Shown: positions 1 through 9,391 of the stretch, in pieces
How the letters are laid out: each line of letters begins with the position of its first letter
How positions within the stretch are numbered: position 1 is the first letter of the stretch
Origin: an uncultured bacterium
GTDB lineage: Bacteria; Verrucomicrobiota; Verrucomicrobiia; Limisphaerales; UBA8199
Direction: 5' to 3'
Assembly: GCA_963749495.1 (NCBI GenBank)
Contig: CAVVMW010000004.1
Location: 160,001-224,000 of the forward strand
DNA length: 64,000 nt
Made by a program: the position numbers and the translations under genes
The notes under the pieces: generated by a model
Told to the model about the DNA's origin: nothing
Seen by the model: the letters and a program-made list of their open reading frames with translations, nothing else
The model's database searches: none

Positions 1-324
1 CTTTGCCAAGCTCTCCTTGCAGGCCCGTCAGCCCCGCGAAGACGACCAGCGGCACCACCCGCGCATACTCGGGACGGCCCTCGAATTTCTTGCACAAAAC
101 GCTCACGGGCTCAAATCATTTGGGGCATTGGCAGCCGTCGCAAGTCAGAAATGGCGGCTGGTTCTCGCCCCCTTTGCCCGAATCGCATGCACCCATGCAT
201 CCAATCAGGCTTGCGCAATCTGGCAGATTTGCCATTATCGTGCCAGATCGTCAGCGGACTGGCCGGACCGATGCAGTGCCGCCGGACAACACCATTTTCA
301 AGTGGAAAACGAAGACCGATTGTC

Positions 325-1539
325 ATGCCGCCATTAGCCCAATTGAAGTATTCTGTGGGTAGATTCCTCTATTCCAAGGAGGCCGATCTCCAAGCAGCGC
401 TATGGATCTACCTCCGCAGCATCCCAGCATGTTCGCGAACCGATCCAGATCAAATCGCCGCATGGCTTGAGCAGGAAGGCAGTGAATGTGCTCATGACGT
501 TTACGTCTGTGGCTTATACTTGAATGATGCTGTCGTTGGGATGGCGGAATTCGCGTGCTTCAGAGAGGAACGGCTCCTCATCTTTGACTATCTCGTGGTC
601 GATGAGGACCACCGGAGACACGGGGAGTACTGCCAGTTCATGCAGGTCCTCCGGCAGTATATCCGAGACGAACGGTTGGAATTCGACTTTGCGGTTGCCG
701 AGGTGAGCTACGAATCCGCTGTTGCCAGCAAATCCAGCAGGCAGCTGGTGAGGTTGTTCATGAGGGAAGGCTTTTCCGTGGCAGATTGTCGTTACCATTC
801 GGCCGTTTTAGGCTTGAGCAACCCGGAGAGTGACATTGGGGCGCACCTGATGATCTCATCGAGGCAACCGGTTGCCTCGGTGGCGCGGGATGTGTTGCTG
901 AGGATTGTTCACACTATCTATTTTCTGCACAACGAAAGGTGGTATTTCCGTTTCATACCGGAGAAGGAAGGCAGGGAGAGATACCACAACCTGCTGAAAC
1001 TCAGATTTGAGCAATTCCAGGACAGCCTCCGCGGGGGGAGCGAGATCAAGCTCAACGGGCTGAAGATAGTTCCAGGTCCTGTTCCACCACTGTCTCCAGC
1101 CAGAAGAAGGCGGGTGCGCAAAGAGAGGTTTGACGTGGCGCTCACTTTCCCCGGAGATCTGCGATCTTTTGTCGAGGAGGTCGCCAATTCTCTCGCGAGA
1201 ATTCTGGGGCGAGAACGCGTGTTTTATGACCGCTGGTACGAACACGAACTCGCCGTGCCGGATCTGGATGCGCACCTCCAGGACATTTATCATAACAAGT
1301 CTCTGTTAGTATTAGTTTTCCTATCCGAGGCTTACGAATCAAGGGAGTGGTGTAGAGTCGAATGGAGACCTGTTCGGGATCTCCTCAAGCGACGTTAACC
1401 GGAGAGAATCATGTTCGTCCGCCTCGATGACGCGCCGGTGAACGGGGTATTTTCCATCGACGGGTACTTAGACGCTCGGGACAGGAAACCTGCCGAGGTT
1501 GCCGAGGTGGTCCTCAGACGGCTGTTCTCGATGTACTAA
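325..1539 (+). pseudogene. GNAT-like acetyltransferase - TIR (TIR_2-like) fusion protein, interrupted by one in-frame TAA at 1396-1398
   Basis: N-terminal GNAT-like segment (VVGMAEF...IFDYLVVDEDHRRHG), a Pro-rich linker, then TIR motifs FDVALTFPG, VFYDRW, LVFLSEAY, EWCRVEW. After the TAA the same frame continues PERIMFVRLDDAPVNGVFSIDGYLDARDRKPAEVAEVVLRRL to TAA 1537-1539, which completes the TIR fold. Confidence 0.8.
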
Positions 1540-1605
1540 CGCTCTCCGAGCGCCAAAGAGGGCTCTATGGGGCATCGCCCATTCTCGTGGGAAGGACCCG
1601 CCCCC

Positions 1606-2202
1606 TTACGCTCCGCAGCGCCGCAGAATGTGGTTTTCTCGGACGGTCTTCAAGCCACTGGCGTTTCGCAACTGTTTCACGATGAAACTCATGACGACGC
1701 CCTTGGCCAAATAGGTTTGTTGGACTTGCCTTGGGAGTGTCGAGAAGTCATCCACCACCCGCCTGCACCCAGCCGCGCCGCAACGGCAGGGCATCGTGAA
1801 CGATTTTTCCTCCATCGTAGTTGAGTAATCGTAGCGTACCTCCTCTCCCCTTGGGATGTCCCTCAGAGCCACAACGTGCCGATCACTCCGTATTCCAGAG
1901 TTGGGGTCGCACGAATGATTGACGAGGACCCCGGGCGGCAGAGGGTCGAGGTACTTGTCGGGGCCAACCTGAAGGGTCATGCACTCCCAGGCGCCGCGCC
2001 CTTTCGCTTCGGCGAAATCGATTATGGGGCCCTCGAAGGTGAGAATGATCTCCCCCGTGCGAATCGGGCGGTTGGCGAAAACCCCCAACCCGACATCGCA
2101 TTCGTCCACATAGATCGTTTCGTTGCGATAGCCTAATTTCACCGAGGCTCGATTCCCAGCCAATAAATATAAGGACTGCTGGCATATTGATTCAGCAATC
2201 AT
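1606..2202 (-). CDS. SET-domain protein-lysine methyltransferase with post-SET Cys cluster
   Basis: GLGVFA, VNHSCDPN, EEVRYDY and CRCGAAGCR motifs; start at MIAES is a judgement call. Confidence 0.88.
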   Translation of the reverse strand: MIAESICQQSLYLLAGNRASVKLGYRNETIYVDECDVGLGVFANRPIRTGEIILTFEGPIIDFAEAKGRGAWECMTLQVGPDKYLDPLPPGVLVNHSCDPNSGIRSDRHVVALRDIPRGEEVRYDYSTTMEEKSFTMPCRCGAAGCRRVVDDFSTLPRQVQQTYLAKGVVMSFIVKQLRNASGLKTVRENHILRRCGA

Positions 2203-2519
2203 AAGGGATGGTTTCTCCTGTGTGGCCGGCTTAAACGACGGCGGCGGTCCCGGCAAGGGGACCAACCGGAGAAGGGCCCGGCGTTGCGCACGGGGCATCG
2301 AGGCGGGTCCTGGTGTTGCAATTGCGGACCCGCTCGATGCCGCCAGGGTCAAGGATAAGCGCTATCCCGGGCTGTGCCTGCGGCTCAGTCCCGGCCACCA
2401 AGAGGTCTCCACAGTCTCCGGGGTCTTGCCCGAGAGTGGATGCTTCATTGGGTCTTGCCCTGTCCACGCCCGCAGCAAAGCAGACCCCGGCCCATTTGTA
2501 AAGGGGCGCGACGCAGGAG

Positions 2520-2770
2520 CGATTAGAGCTGTCGGTCAGCCCACGGCGCCTTTTTGCCCCGAAGGGGCTTCCGACAATAGCCCGGCGTTTCAACGCCGGG
2601 TGAGCGGCCCCAAGGAGCAGGTCCGTCCCGAAGGGACGGTTGAAAGCAAGGAGTGTCCTCAGTCGTCCCTTCGAGACGAGGGTCCTTTTCGTGGCCTCCC
2701 CGGCGTTGAAACGCCGGGCTATTCTCAGATGTCCCTCCGGGACAAAACTCCCGAGGCGCACGCCCGACGC
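2520..2770. repeat. 251-bp palindromic REP/REPIN-like element, copy 1 (inverted copy at 59830-60080)
   Basis: Internal inverted pair ATAGCCCGGCGTTTCAACGCCGGG / CCCGGCGTTGAAACGCCGGGCTAT and GTCCCGAAGGGAC-type hairpins; near-identical reverse complement at 59830-60080. Confidence 0.9.
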
Positions 2771-2798
2771 CATCAATCGGCCTCGTGCAAAGTAGCCT

Positions 2799-3065
2799 TT
2801 AGCCTTTGCTTGGCAGGGCCAGTTCGAAGCTGAAGGCCTGGACCTGCCGGCAGCCGTCGAACTCCAGAATCCATTCGCTGACGCTCTGCGGCAATGGCAG
2901 GACCGTGGGGCGAGCCTGGCCGTCCACGACCACGACGGTGGGGCCGAGTACCCCGGAGTGCAAGACCCCGGCCCGGCTGAGGGCACGCCCCACCGGGCAG
3001 GCATTCGGGTCGCACCTCCGGCCGTTCTGAATATCATCCTCCGTGACAGCGATTGCGATTTTCAT
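2799..3065 (-). CDS. small hypothetical protein (88 aa, CDPNACP motif)
   Basis: ATG start after a purine-rich leader; globular-looking composition. Confidence 0.65.
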   Translation of the reverse strand: MKIAIAVTEDDIQNGRRCDPNACPVGRALSRAGVLHSGVLGPTVVVVDGQARPTVLPLPQSVSEWILEFDGCRQVQAFSFELALPSKG

Positions 3066-3232
3066 GCCGACTCTCTCATTCGGTGCCGGTGCTTGGAAGA
3101 GCCCGCAGGCGCTGGGGCAAAGAAAACCGCTCCGCGGCCTGTTCAGCGCTCAAAACCGGCGTTGCACCTAGCCTACCAGGACCTCCACCGCTGCCTATGG
3201 GGTAAAACCCTCGATTCTGATCGATTGTGCGT

Positions 3233-3530
3233 TCAATCGCCCAGCAGCTTCTTCAAGTCCTCGCGCGCCTTGCGCTCGCGGGTATTCTTCGAGCTTCGGG
3301 GGCGTGAATTCCCGCTGCACAAACTCGAAGTACTCGCAATAATTGGCCAGGTGCTTGTCCGCCACTGGGTCGGCGCGGCCGTCCCGGCACTGCTGCGCTA
3401 CGCGGGGATCGTAGCTGGCGCAATTCAGGCAAACCTTGAAGTCGGACCTGCACCGGGGGCAAATCTCCGAACGCCCCGGCAGCCCCGGCAGCTTGTACTC
3501 CAGGCCGCATTTCCAACAATGTCGTGTCAT
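3233..3530 (-). CDS. Cys-rich (putative zinc-binding) hypothetical protein; +1 frameshift near 3298-3302
   Basis: CWKC, CPRC, CLNC, QQC and NYC motifs. Removing one base from the C5 run gives the C-terminus SKNTRERKAREDLKKLLGD*. Confidence 0.7.
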
Positions 3531-3715
3531 TGCCATGGCCGCCAGTCTAGGCCGTGGGCGCGGGTTTTTCCAGCACAGAATGCGCTTGTGTCCGCCGCCG
3601 GTGCAGGACGGAGATCTGCACAAAATGGATTCTGCTGGGCTTTCATCACAGAGGGTCTCCAGGAATCCAGATACGAACGGCCACGGACTACAACGATCCC
3701 GCCCATCGGGCCGCC

Positions 3716-3805
3716 CCTTCGTTTCCTTCGTTTCCTTCTGTTCTTTTCCAGCGTCCCACCGGCTGGGCACAGGAACAGAACAGAAGGAAACGAAGGAAAC
3801 GAAGG
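3716..3805. repeat. perfect 28-bp inverted repeat built from 9-mer tandem units
   Basis: CCTTCGTTTCCTTCGTTTCCTTCTGTTC (3716-3743) and its exact reverse complement (3778-3805). Confidence 0.92.
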
Positions 3806-3864
3806 ATGGAAGAGCGAGATCCCCTCTGAGAAATGCGATCTGGAGGTCCAATAGGAATTCTGTG

Positions 3865-4969
3865 TCACACCTTTCCGTCTCGCACTTCCCCGGCCTGGCG
3901 GCCTTCCAGTGCGTGTTGGACGGCGCGCTCGACCGCCTCGACGGTGACCGAGGCCATGCAGCGGGCCAACTCCTGGGGCGTGCCCCGGATGCCGCGTCCG
4001 TCGTAGCGATAATACTGGAGGTTGCGGCCTGCCACAGCCGGGTTGCTCACCAGCGCAAAGGGGTTGCCATAGGGCTGGATCGGCTTGTTCCAGGTGGGGG
4101 TCTCGATGACGATTTGCCGGGGTACTTTCATGGCGGCCGCCACGTGCATCAAGGCGGTGTCCACGCTCAGGAACAGGTCGCAGCGGCGCAGCAGCGCCGC
4201 CGCCTGGCGGAGGTTGGCGGTGGGCGGGTTGCGCACGCGCTGGCCCCCGGCGGCGGCCAGCAGACGGGCATTGTCATGCTGCTCGGCCGGGCCGCCAAAG
4301 AGCAGGGCCGTCAGGTCCGGGTGGTTGCGCAGCAGGCGCCGGAGCAGTTCCAGGTAGTTGTCGAGCGGCCAGCGCCGGAGGGCGAGGTTCTTGGTGCCGC
4401 CCGAGCCAACGTGCAGGCCCAGGAGCCGCCGCCCGGAGAGTTGCTCGGTGGCAAAGAAGTTCTCAGCCCAGGCCAATTCGGCGGGCGATAGATAGATTTC
4501 GTAGCCATGGGCGGGCAGGTGGGGTGCCGCCCCGAGGCAGGCCAGGCAGGCGAGATTGTTCTCGATGCTGTGCCGCTCATAATCCTGCGGCACCGTCCGG
4601 TTCACCAGCCATCGGTCCAGCACCGAGGCGTTGTCGTAGCGGTGGCTGATGCGGACCCTGGCATTGATGAGCCGCGCCACGGCGCGGTAGGCCAGCCGGC
4701 TTTGCGGATAGGTGTTGATCGAGAACGTTGTACTGCCGGCGGCGCAATTGCCCCAGGTATTTGAACCCCTGGAGCCTGCCCTCCTGGAGCAGGTCCTTCT
4801 GGTGGACCTCGTTCAGGTGCGGGTTTCCTCCCAGCGCGCCCTTGGCTCCGGCCCACATGACCAACACGTCAATCCGTGCGTCCGGGAAATTGGCCCGCAA
4901 CTCGTGGATCAACGGCGTCGCGAACAACGTGTCGCCAATGCCGGCCAACGAAATGACCAATATCTTCAT
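3865..4969 (-). CDS. glycosyltransferase family 9 (heptosyltransferase-like); +1 frameshift near 4720
   Basis: MKILVISLAGIGDTLFATP N-terminus; RRWP, DLFLSVDTALMHVAAA C-terminal motifs split over two ORFs. Confidence 0.85.
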
Positions 4970-5030
4970 TTGCCACACCAACGCTCCTGCCCGCCCCTGC
5001 CACCGCGCCATCTTCTCCAGTGGTCTTCCG

Positions 5031-5100
5031 CTTCACGTTTCACGTTTCACGGTTCAGGGTTCAGGGTTCAGGGTTCGCGCTTCACGTTTCACGTTTCACG
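5031..5100. repeat. heptamer tandem arrays (TTCACGT)n and (TTCAGGG)n
   Basis: Directly visible between rfaE2 and the GT9 gene. Confidence 0.9.
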
Positions 5101-5124
5101 ATTCGCGCCCCGCCCCCTCCCGCC

Positions 5125-5610
5125 CTATAACCGCGCTATCTTCTCCAGCAGGGACGTCGTCGATTTGCCTGGCACGAAAGGAATGATCACAATCCGTCCC
5201 CCGCCAGCCTCGACAGCCCGGCGCTCGTCCGGGTTGAGCGTCTCCAGCGTGTAATCGCCGCCCTTGACGTAAACGTCCGGTTGGGCGGCCGCCAGGAAAC
5301 GCGTCGCGGTCCGCTCGGCAAAGATGCACACGCCGCTCACGCTTTCCAGCGCGGCCAGCACCGCCGCCCGGTCTGCCTCGGCGTTGAGGGGGCGGCCCTG
5401 CCCTTTGAGCTGCCGGACCGACCCGTCCCCATTGAGCCCCACCAGCAACGCGTCCCCCTGGGCCCGCGCGGTCTCCAGGTAAACCACGTGGCCCGCGTGC
5501 AGCAGGTCGAAACAGCCGTTGGTCACCACCAGTCGCTTGCCGCCGGCCCGCATCGCCGCCCGCCATCCCGGCAGTTCCTCCCACGCAACGATCTTTTCGC
5601 TGAAACTCAC
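5125..5610 (-). CDS. rfaE2: D-glycero-beta-D-manno-heptose 1-phosphate adenylyltransferase (RfaE domain II)
   Basis: TNGCFDLLHAGH, LVGLNGD, KGGDY, GKSTT motifs; GTG start after GAGGAG. Confidence 0.9.
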   Translation of the reverse strand: MSFSEKIVAWEELPGWRAAMRAGGKRLVVTNGCFDLLHAGHVVYLETARAQGDALLVGLNGDGSVRQLKGQGRPLNAEADRAAVLAALESVSGVCIFAERTATRFLAAAQPDVYVKGGDYTLETLNPDERRAVEAGGGRIVIIPFVPGKSTTSLLEKIARL

Positions 5611-5722
5611 CTCCTCACTCTGCCTGAATCCGCTGCAAGTTGGCAAGCGCGGGGTGGGCCAAGGCAGAACCATTTACGTCCCTGAAAGAAGGCAAAATCA
5701 TTGTTGGCAGAATCATTCTTGT

Positions 5723-5750
5723 TTGACCCTCCCCGGCCCCCCGCTAGACT
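5723..5750 (+). promoter_or_regulatory. sigma70-like promoter
   Basis: TTGACC-N16-TAGACT upstream of the SGNH/TPR gene. Confidence 0.45.
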
Positions 5751-5907
5751 CTCTCGCATAAGCTCGAAGAACCTGAGCGCGCAGTGCTCCTTTGATTGCG
5801 CGCCCGCTTGCCTCGAGCCCCAGTTGCCAGAGTTGGAGAGCCGACGCTCAAATCCAGATGACGACGGCCCCCGCGCGCGTGGCGGTGCGGCCGTTCCGCA
5901 ACCAGCT

Positions 5908-7869
5908 ATGGGGAAGAAACGACACAGGGTCCGGCATGGCCCGGGGGCGCCCGGCCCTTCGGGCGCCGTGGTCCAGTCCGGCCCGGCGCGCGGGGGCCAG
6001 GAGACCCGCGCCCCGGCCCGGGGGGCAGGACCCTCCCTTGCCGCCCGCGTTGCGGCCCTGCACCATCTCAAAGGCTGGCGTCTCTGGGCGGCGAACCTGG
6101 CCACCGCAATCATCATTCCCACTCTCTTGGCGCTTATACTCGAGGGGGCCTTGCGCCTGGTTGGGTATGGCTATCCCACGGCCTTCTGCCTCCGCCAGAA
6201 AGGTTCCGTCACCTACATCGAGAACGACAAATTCCTCTTTCAGTTTTATTCGAGAAAGACCAACCTGCGGCCCAATCCTTTCGCCCTGAGCGCGGCCAAA
6301 CCGGCGGAGGCGACTCGCATTGTGGTCCTGGGCGAGTCCGCCGCCGCGGGCACGCCCGACCCGGCCTACAACTTCGGCCGCATCCTGGAGCGGATGCTGC
6401 GCCAGCAGTGGCCCCGGCGCCGCTGCGAGGTCATCAATGCCGCCATGCGCGGCGTCAACTCCCATATCCTCCTGCCGGCCGCCCGCGACTGCTGCGCGCG
6501 CCTCAAGCCGGACCTGGTGGTCGTGTATATGGGCAACAACGAGGCAGTCGGCCTCTATGCCCCCGGTCCGCATTCGGGGCGCCTGACCTCCTTGCCGCGC
6601 CTGTTGCGGGCCCTGCAGTGGGTGCGCTCGACCCGTCTCGGGGAATTGATGGACCCGCTGTTGCTCGGCCTGGCCCGCGAAGGCATGCCCCCGGAAAAAC
6701 AGGATGACCAGTTCTTCCGGGAGCATTTTGTCGCCGCCGATGACCCCCGCCGCAACGCGGTCTATAACAACTTCCGCCTCAACCTGGCCGGCCTCTGCGC
6801 CGCCGCGCGCCATTGCCGCGGCGGGGTCATCCTCATGACCGTCCCGGTCAACCTCCAGGACTTCCCCCCGCTTGGCTCGATGCACCGCCCCGGCCTTTCC
6901 GACCCCGACCTGCTTCGTTGGCAAGCCGCCTTCGACGCCGGCATCGAGGACGAGACGGCCGGCCGCCATGCCGAGGCAATCTCCCGTTACCTGGCTGCCG
7001 CGGCCCTGGACGGCCACTTCGCCGAACTCCACTTCCGCCTGGCGCGCTGCCGGGCCGCCTCAGGCCAATTGGACCAGGCCCGCCGCGAATTCCTCCTTGC
7101 CCGCGATTGGGACGCCCTCCAGTTCCGGGCCGACTCCCGGCTCAATGACGTTGTGCGCCAGACCGCCACGAGACATCCTGCCGGGACTGTCCGCCTCGTG
7201 GATGCCGAACGCGCCCTCGCCGAGGCCGATGCCGAGGAACACCAAATCCCGGGCGACCGCCTCTTCAACGACCACGTCCACCCGAGCTTCGACGGCGATT
7301 ACCTGTTGGCCAAGACTCTGTTTCCCGCCGTCTGCGAGGCCCTGGGCCTTTCCCCCGGGCAGGCCCCGCTCTCCCGTGACGAATGCGCGGCTCGACTCGC
7401 CTATACCCGTTTTGACGAAGGCCGCATCCGTCGCGAGATGATCAAGGCCACGAGCTATCCGCCGTTCACGCTGCGAATGGAGCACGCCCGACGGCAGGCG
7501 GCCACCGAGCAACGGCTGGCCGAGCAACTCGGCAAGTTCGGCGCCCCCGACGCCGAGGCTGCTTCGGAAATCTACCGCGCCGCCATGCGCCAGTTCCCCG
7601 AGGACTGGCGCCTGCCCTACAATTTTGCCCGGCTCCGCCTCATGCTCCACGATTACCCGGGCGCCATCCAGCAATTCGAACTCGCCCGGCGCGGCCTGCC
7701 CCACTGGGTGCAGATCCACCTCGGGCTGAGCGCCGCCCTGGTTGGCGCCGGCCGCACCGAGGAGGCCCTCCGCCTGCTGCGCCAACTCCAGGCCGCAGAC
7801 CCCCAATCCCAAGACATCCAGGCCAGCATCGACGCCGTCCAGACCCGGGGCCGAGGCGCCGTGCGATGA
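5908..7869 (+). CDS. membrane-anchored SGNH/GDSL-like hydrolase with TPR repeats
   Basis: TM helix, VLGESAAAG, YMGNNE, DHVHP motifs; TPR-like helical repeats. Confidence 0.8.
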   Translation: MGKKRHRVRHGPGAPGPSGAVVQSGPARGGQETRAPARGAGPSLAARVAALHHLKGWRLWAANLATAIIIPTLLALILEGALRLVGYGYPTAFCLRQKGSVTYIENDKFLFQFYSRKTNLRPNPFALSAAKPAEATRIVVLGESAAAGTPDPAYNFGRILERMLRQQWPRRRCEVINAAMRGVNSHILLPAARDCCARLKPDLVVVYMGNNEAVGLYAPGPHSGRLTSLPRLLRALQWVRSTRLGELMDPLLLGLAREGMPPEKQDDQFFREHFVAADDPRRNAVYNNFRLNLAGLCAAARHCRGGVILMTVPVNLQDFPPLGSMHRPGLSDPDLLRWQAAFDAGIEDETAGRHAEAISRYLAAAALDGHFAELHFRLARCRAASGQLDQARREFLLARDWDALQFRADSRLNDVVRQTATRHPAGTVRLVDAERALAEADAEEHQIPGDRLFNDHVHPSFDGDYLLAKTLFPAVCEALGLSPGQAPLSRDECAARLAYTRFDEGRIRREMIKATSYPPFTLRMEHARRQAATEQRLAEQLGKFGAPDAEAASEIYRAAMRQFPEDWRLPYNFARLRLMLHDYPGAIQQFELARRGLPHWVQIHLGLSAALVGAGRTEEALRLLRQLQAADPQSQDIQASIDAVQTRGRGAVR

Positions 7870-7961
7870 GGATTGAACCGGATCTATCCAGGTTCATGGA
7901 GGGCCTTCTTTGGCTTCCGCAAATGCAGTTGGGACATGAACCGGATAGGGCTGCGAGGCCG

Positions 7962-8052
7962 CGAAGCGTTTTGGACTGCGGCAGTCCTCTGCCGCTTTTT
8001 GGAGCCCTGGGGACGCGACAGCGGCAGAGGACTGCCGCAGTCCAAAACCTTG
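7962..8052. repeat. REP-like inverted repeat
   Basis: GTTTTGGACTGCGGCAGTCCTCTGCCGCT ... AGCGGCAGAGGACTGCCGCAGTCCAAAAC. Confidence 0.88.
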
Positions 8053-8099
8053 CGGGCTTCGGTGGTTCATGGAGAGCGGAACCCCGACGGGTAAATCCA

Positions 8100-8155
8100 T
8101 CATTCGTCATTCGTCATTCGTCATTCGTCATTTCGCACTCCGCATTCCGCATTCG
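8100..8155. repeat. heptamer tandem array (TCATTCG)4 plus (TTCCGCA)-like units
   Basis: Directly visible; the same heptamer occurs at 57428-57456 and 57600-57633. Confidence 0.9.
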
Positions 8156-8217
8156 CCAGGCTTGCCAATTTGCCCCGCATCGGTTCAACTAGGCACGGCC
8201 GAACAGCAGGCAGACCT

Positions 8218-9384
8218 ATGCCAAAAAAGGAAACCATGACCGCGCGCGAGCGGGTCAACAAGGCGCTGGACCATCAGGTCCCGGACCGGGTCCCGATTGA
8301 CCTGGGCGGAAACCAGACCGGCATCCACAAGAACGCGTATCGGGCGCTGACCCGGCATCTGGGCATCCACGACGAGCTCCGCATCATGGATGCCGTGCAG
8401 CAACTGGCCCGGCCCTGCGAGCAGGTGCTCGAACGATTTCACGTGGATACCCGCTACGTCGCGGCGGGCGCGGCCCAAAGTTGGAAAGGCGGCATCGTCA
8501 CGGCCCGGCGCGACGGACGCCTCTGGGAGGACCTGACCGACAAGTTCGGCATTCGGTGGTCCATGCCCGAGGACGCGCCGTATTACATGGACATCACGCT
8601 GCACCCGCTTGCCGGCGCCACGCTCGCGGACCTCAAGGATTATCCCTGGCCCAAAGGGGACGACCCCAGCCGCTTTGCCGGCCTGCGCGAGCGCGCGCTG
8701 GCCCTCAGGAAGGATACACCTTACGCCGTGGTCAGCGGCATCTCGGGCGTGGTTTATGAGATCTGCTGGTACCTGCGCGGGCTCGAGCAATGGTTCTGCA
8801 ACCTCATGACCAACCCCCAGTTCTGCGAGGCCATGCTCGACCAGACCCTCAAGTTCTGGATGGACTGGTTCCGGCTCTTCCTGGACGAGGTCGGCAACGT
8901 CGTGGACGTGGTCATGATCGGCGATGATTTGGCCGGGCAGAACGGGCCCCTGTTCAACCCCAGGATTTATCGCCGCTCGGTCAAACCGCGCCATAAGCAA
9001 CTGGTTCAGTACATTCGGTCGCGCACGCGGGCCAAAATCTGGTATCACACCTGCGGCGCCTGCCGGCAATTCATCCCGGACCTCCTGGACAACGGCGTAC
9101 ACATCCTGAACCCGGTCCAGGTCAGCGCCCGCGACATGGACCCGGCCCAGCTCAAAGAGCGCTTCGGCCGCCAGCTTTCCTTCTGGGGCGGCGCTATCGA
9201 CACCCAGCACGTCCTCTCAAGCGCCACACCCGGCGAGGTCGCCGACGAGGTCCGCCGCAACCTCCAGGCCCTCATGCCCGGCGGCGGCTATGTCTTCAAC
9301 AACGTCCATAACATCCAGGGCGAAGTCCCTCCCGAGAACGTCGTGGCCATGTTCGACGCGGCCTACCAGTACGGGTTTTATTAG
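8218..9384 (+). CDS. uroporphyrinogen decarboxylase-like / MtaA-CmuA family protein
   Basis: PDRVPIDLGG, GDD, YHTCG, LNPVQ, FWGGAID, GGGYVFNNVHNIQ motifs. Confidence 0.88.
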   Translation: MPKKETMTARERVNKALDHQVPDRVPIDLGGNQTGIHKNAYRALTRHLGIHDELRIMDAVQQLARPCEQVLERFHVDTRYVAAGAAQSWKGGIVTARRDGRLWEDLTDKFGIRWSMPEDAPYYMDITLHPLAGATLADLKDYPWPKGDDPSRFAGLRERALALRKDTPYAVVSGISGVVYEICWYLRGLEQWFCNLMTNPQFCEAMLDQTLKFWMDWFRLFLDEVGNVVDVVMIGDDLAGQNGPLFNPRIYRRSVKPRHKQLVQYIRSRTRAKIWYHTCGACRQFIPDLLDNGVHILNPVQVSARDMDPAQLKERFGRQLSFWGGAIDTQHVLSSATPGEVADEVRRNLQALMPGGGYVFNNVHNIQGEVPPENVVAMFDAAYQYGFY

Positions 9385-9391
9385 CCAGCCG

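Noticed and set aside
1396..1398. Programmed recoding (Sec/Pyl) of the TIR stop
   Set aside because: The codon is TAA, not TGA or TAG, and TAA ends other genes normally
2222..3037. ORFs 2222-2833 and 2231-3037 as real genes
   Set aside because: They are translations through the REP element and overlap better-supported genes
3066..3195. Possible riboswitch upstream of the 88-aa gene
   Set aside because: Only fragmentary resemblance to SAH or c-di-GMP-II motifs; core consensus not met
5850..5900. Hammerhead ribozyme suggested by CAGATGA followed by a stem
   Set aside because: Core is not CTGANGA and the GAAA after stem II is missing
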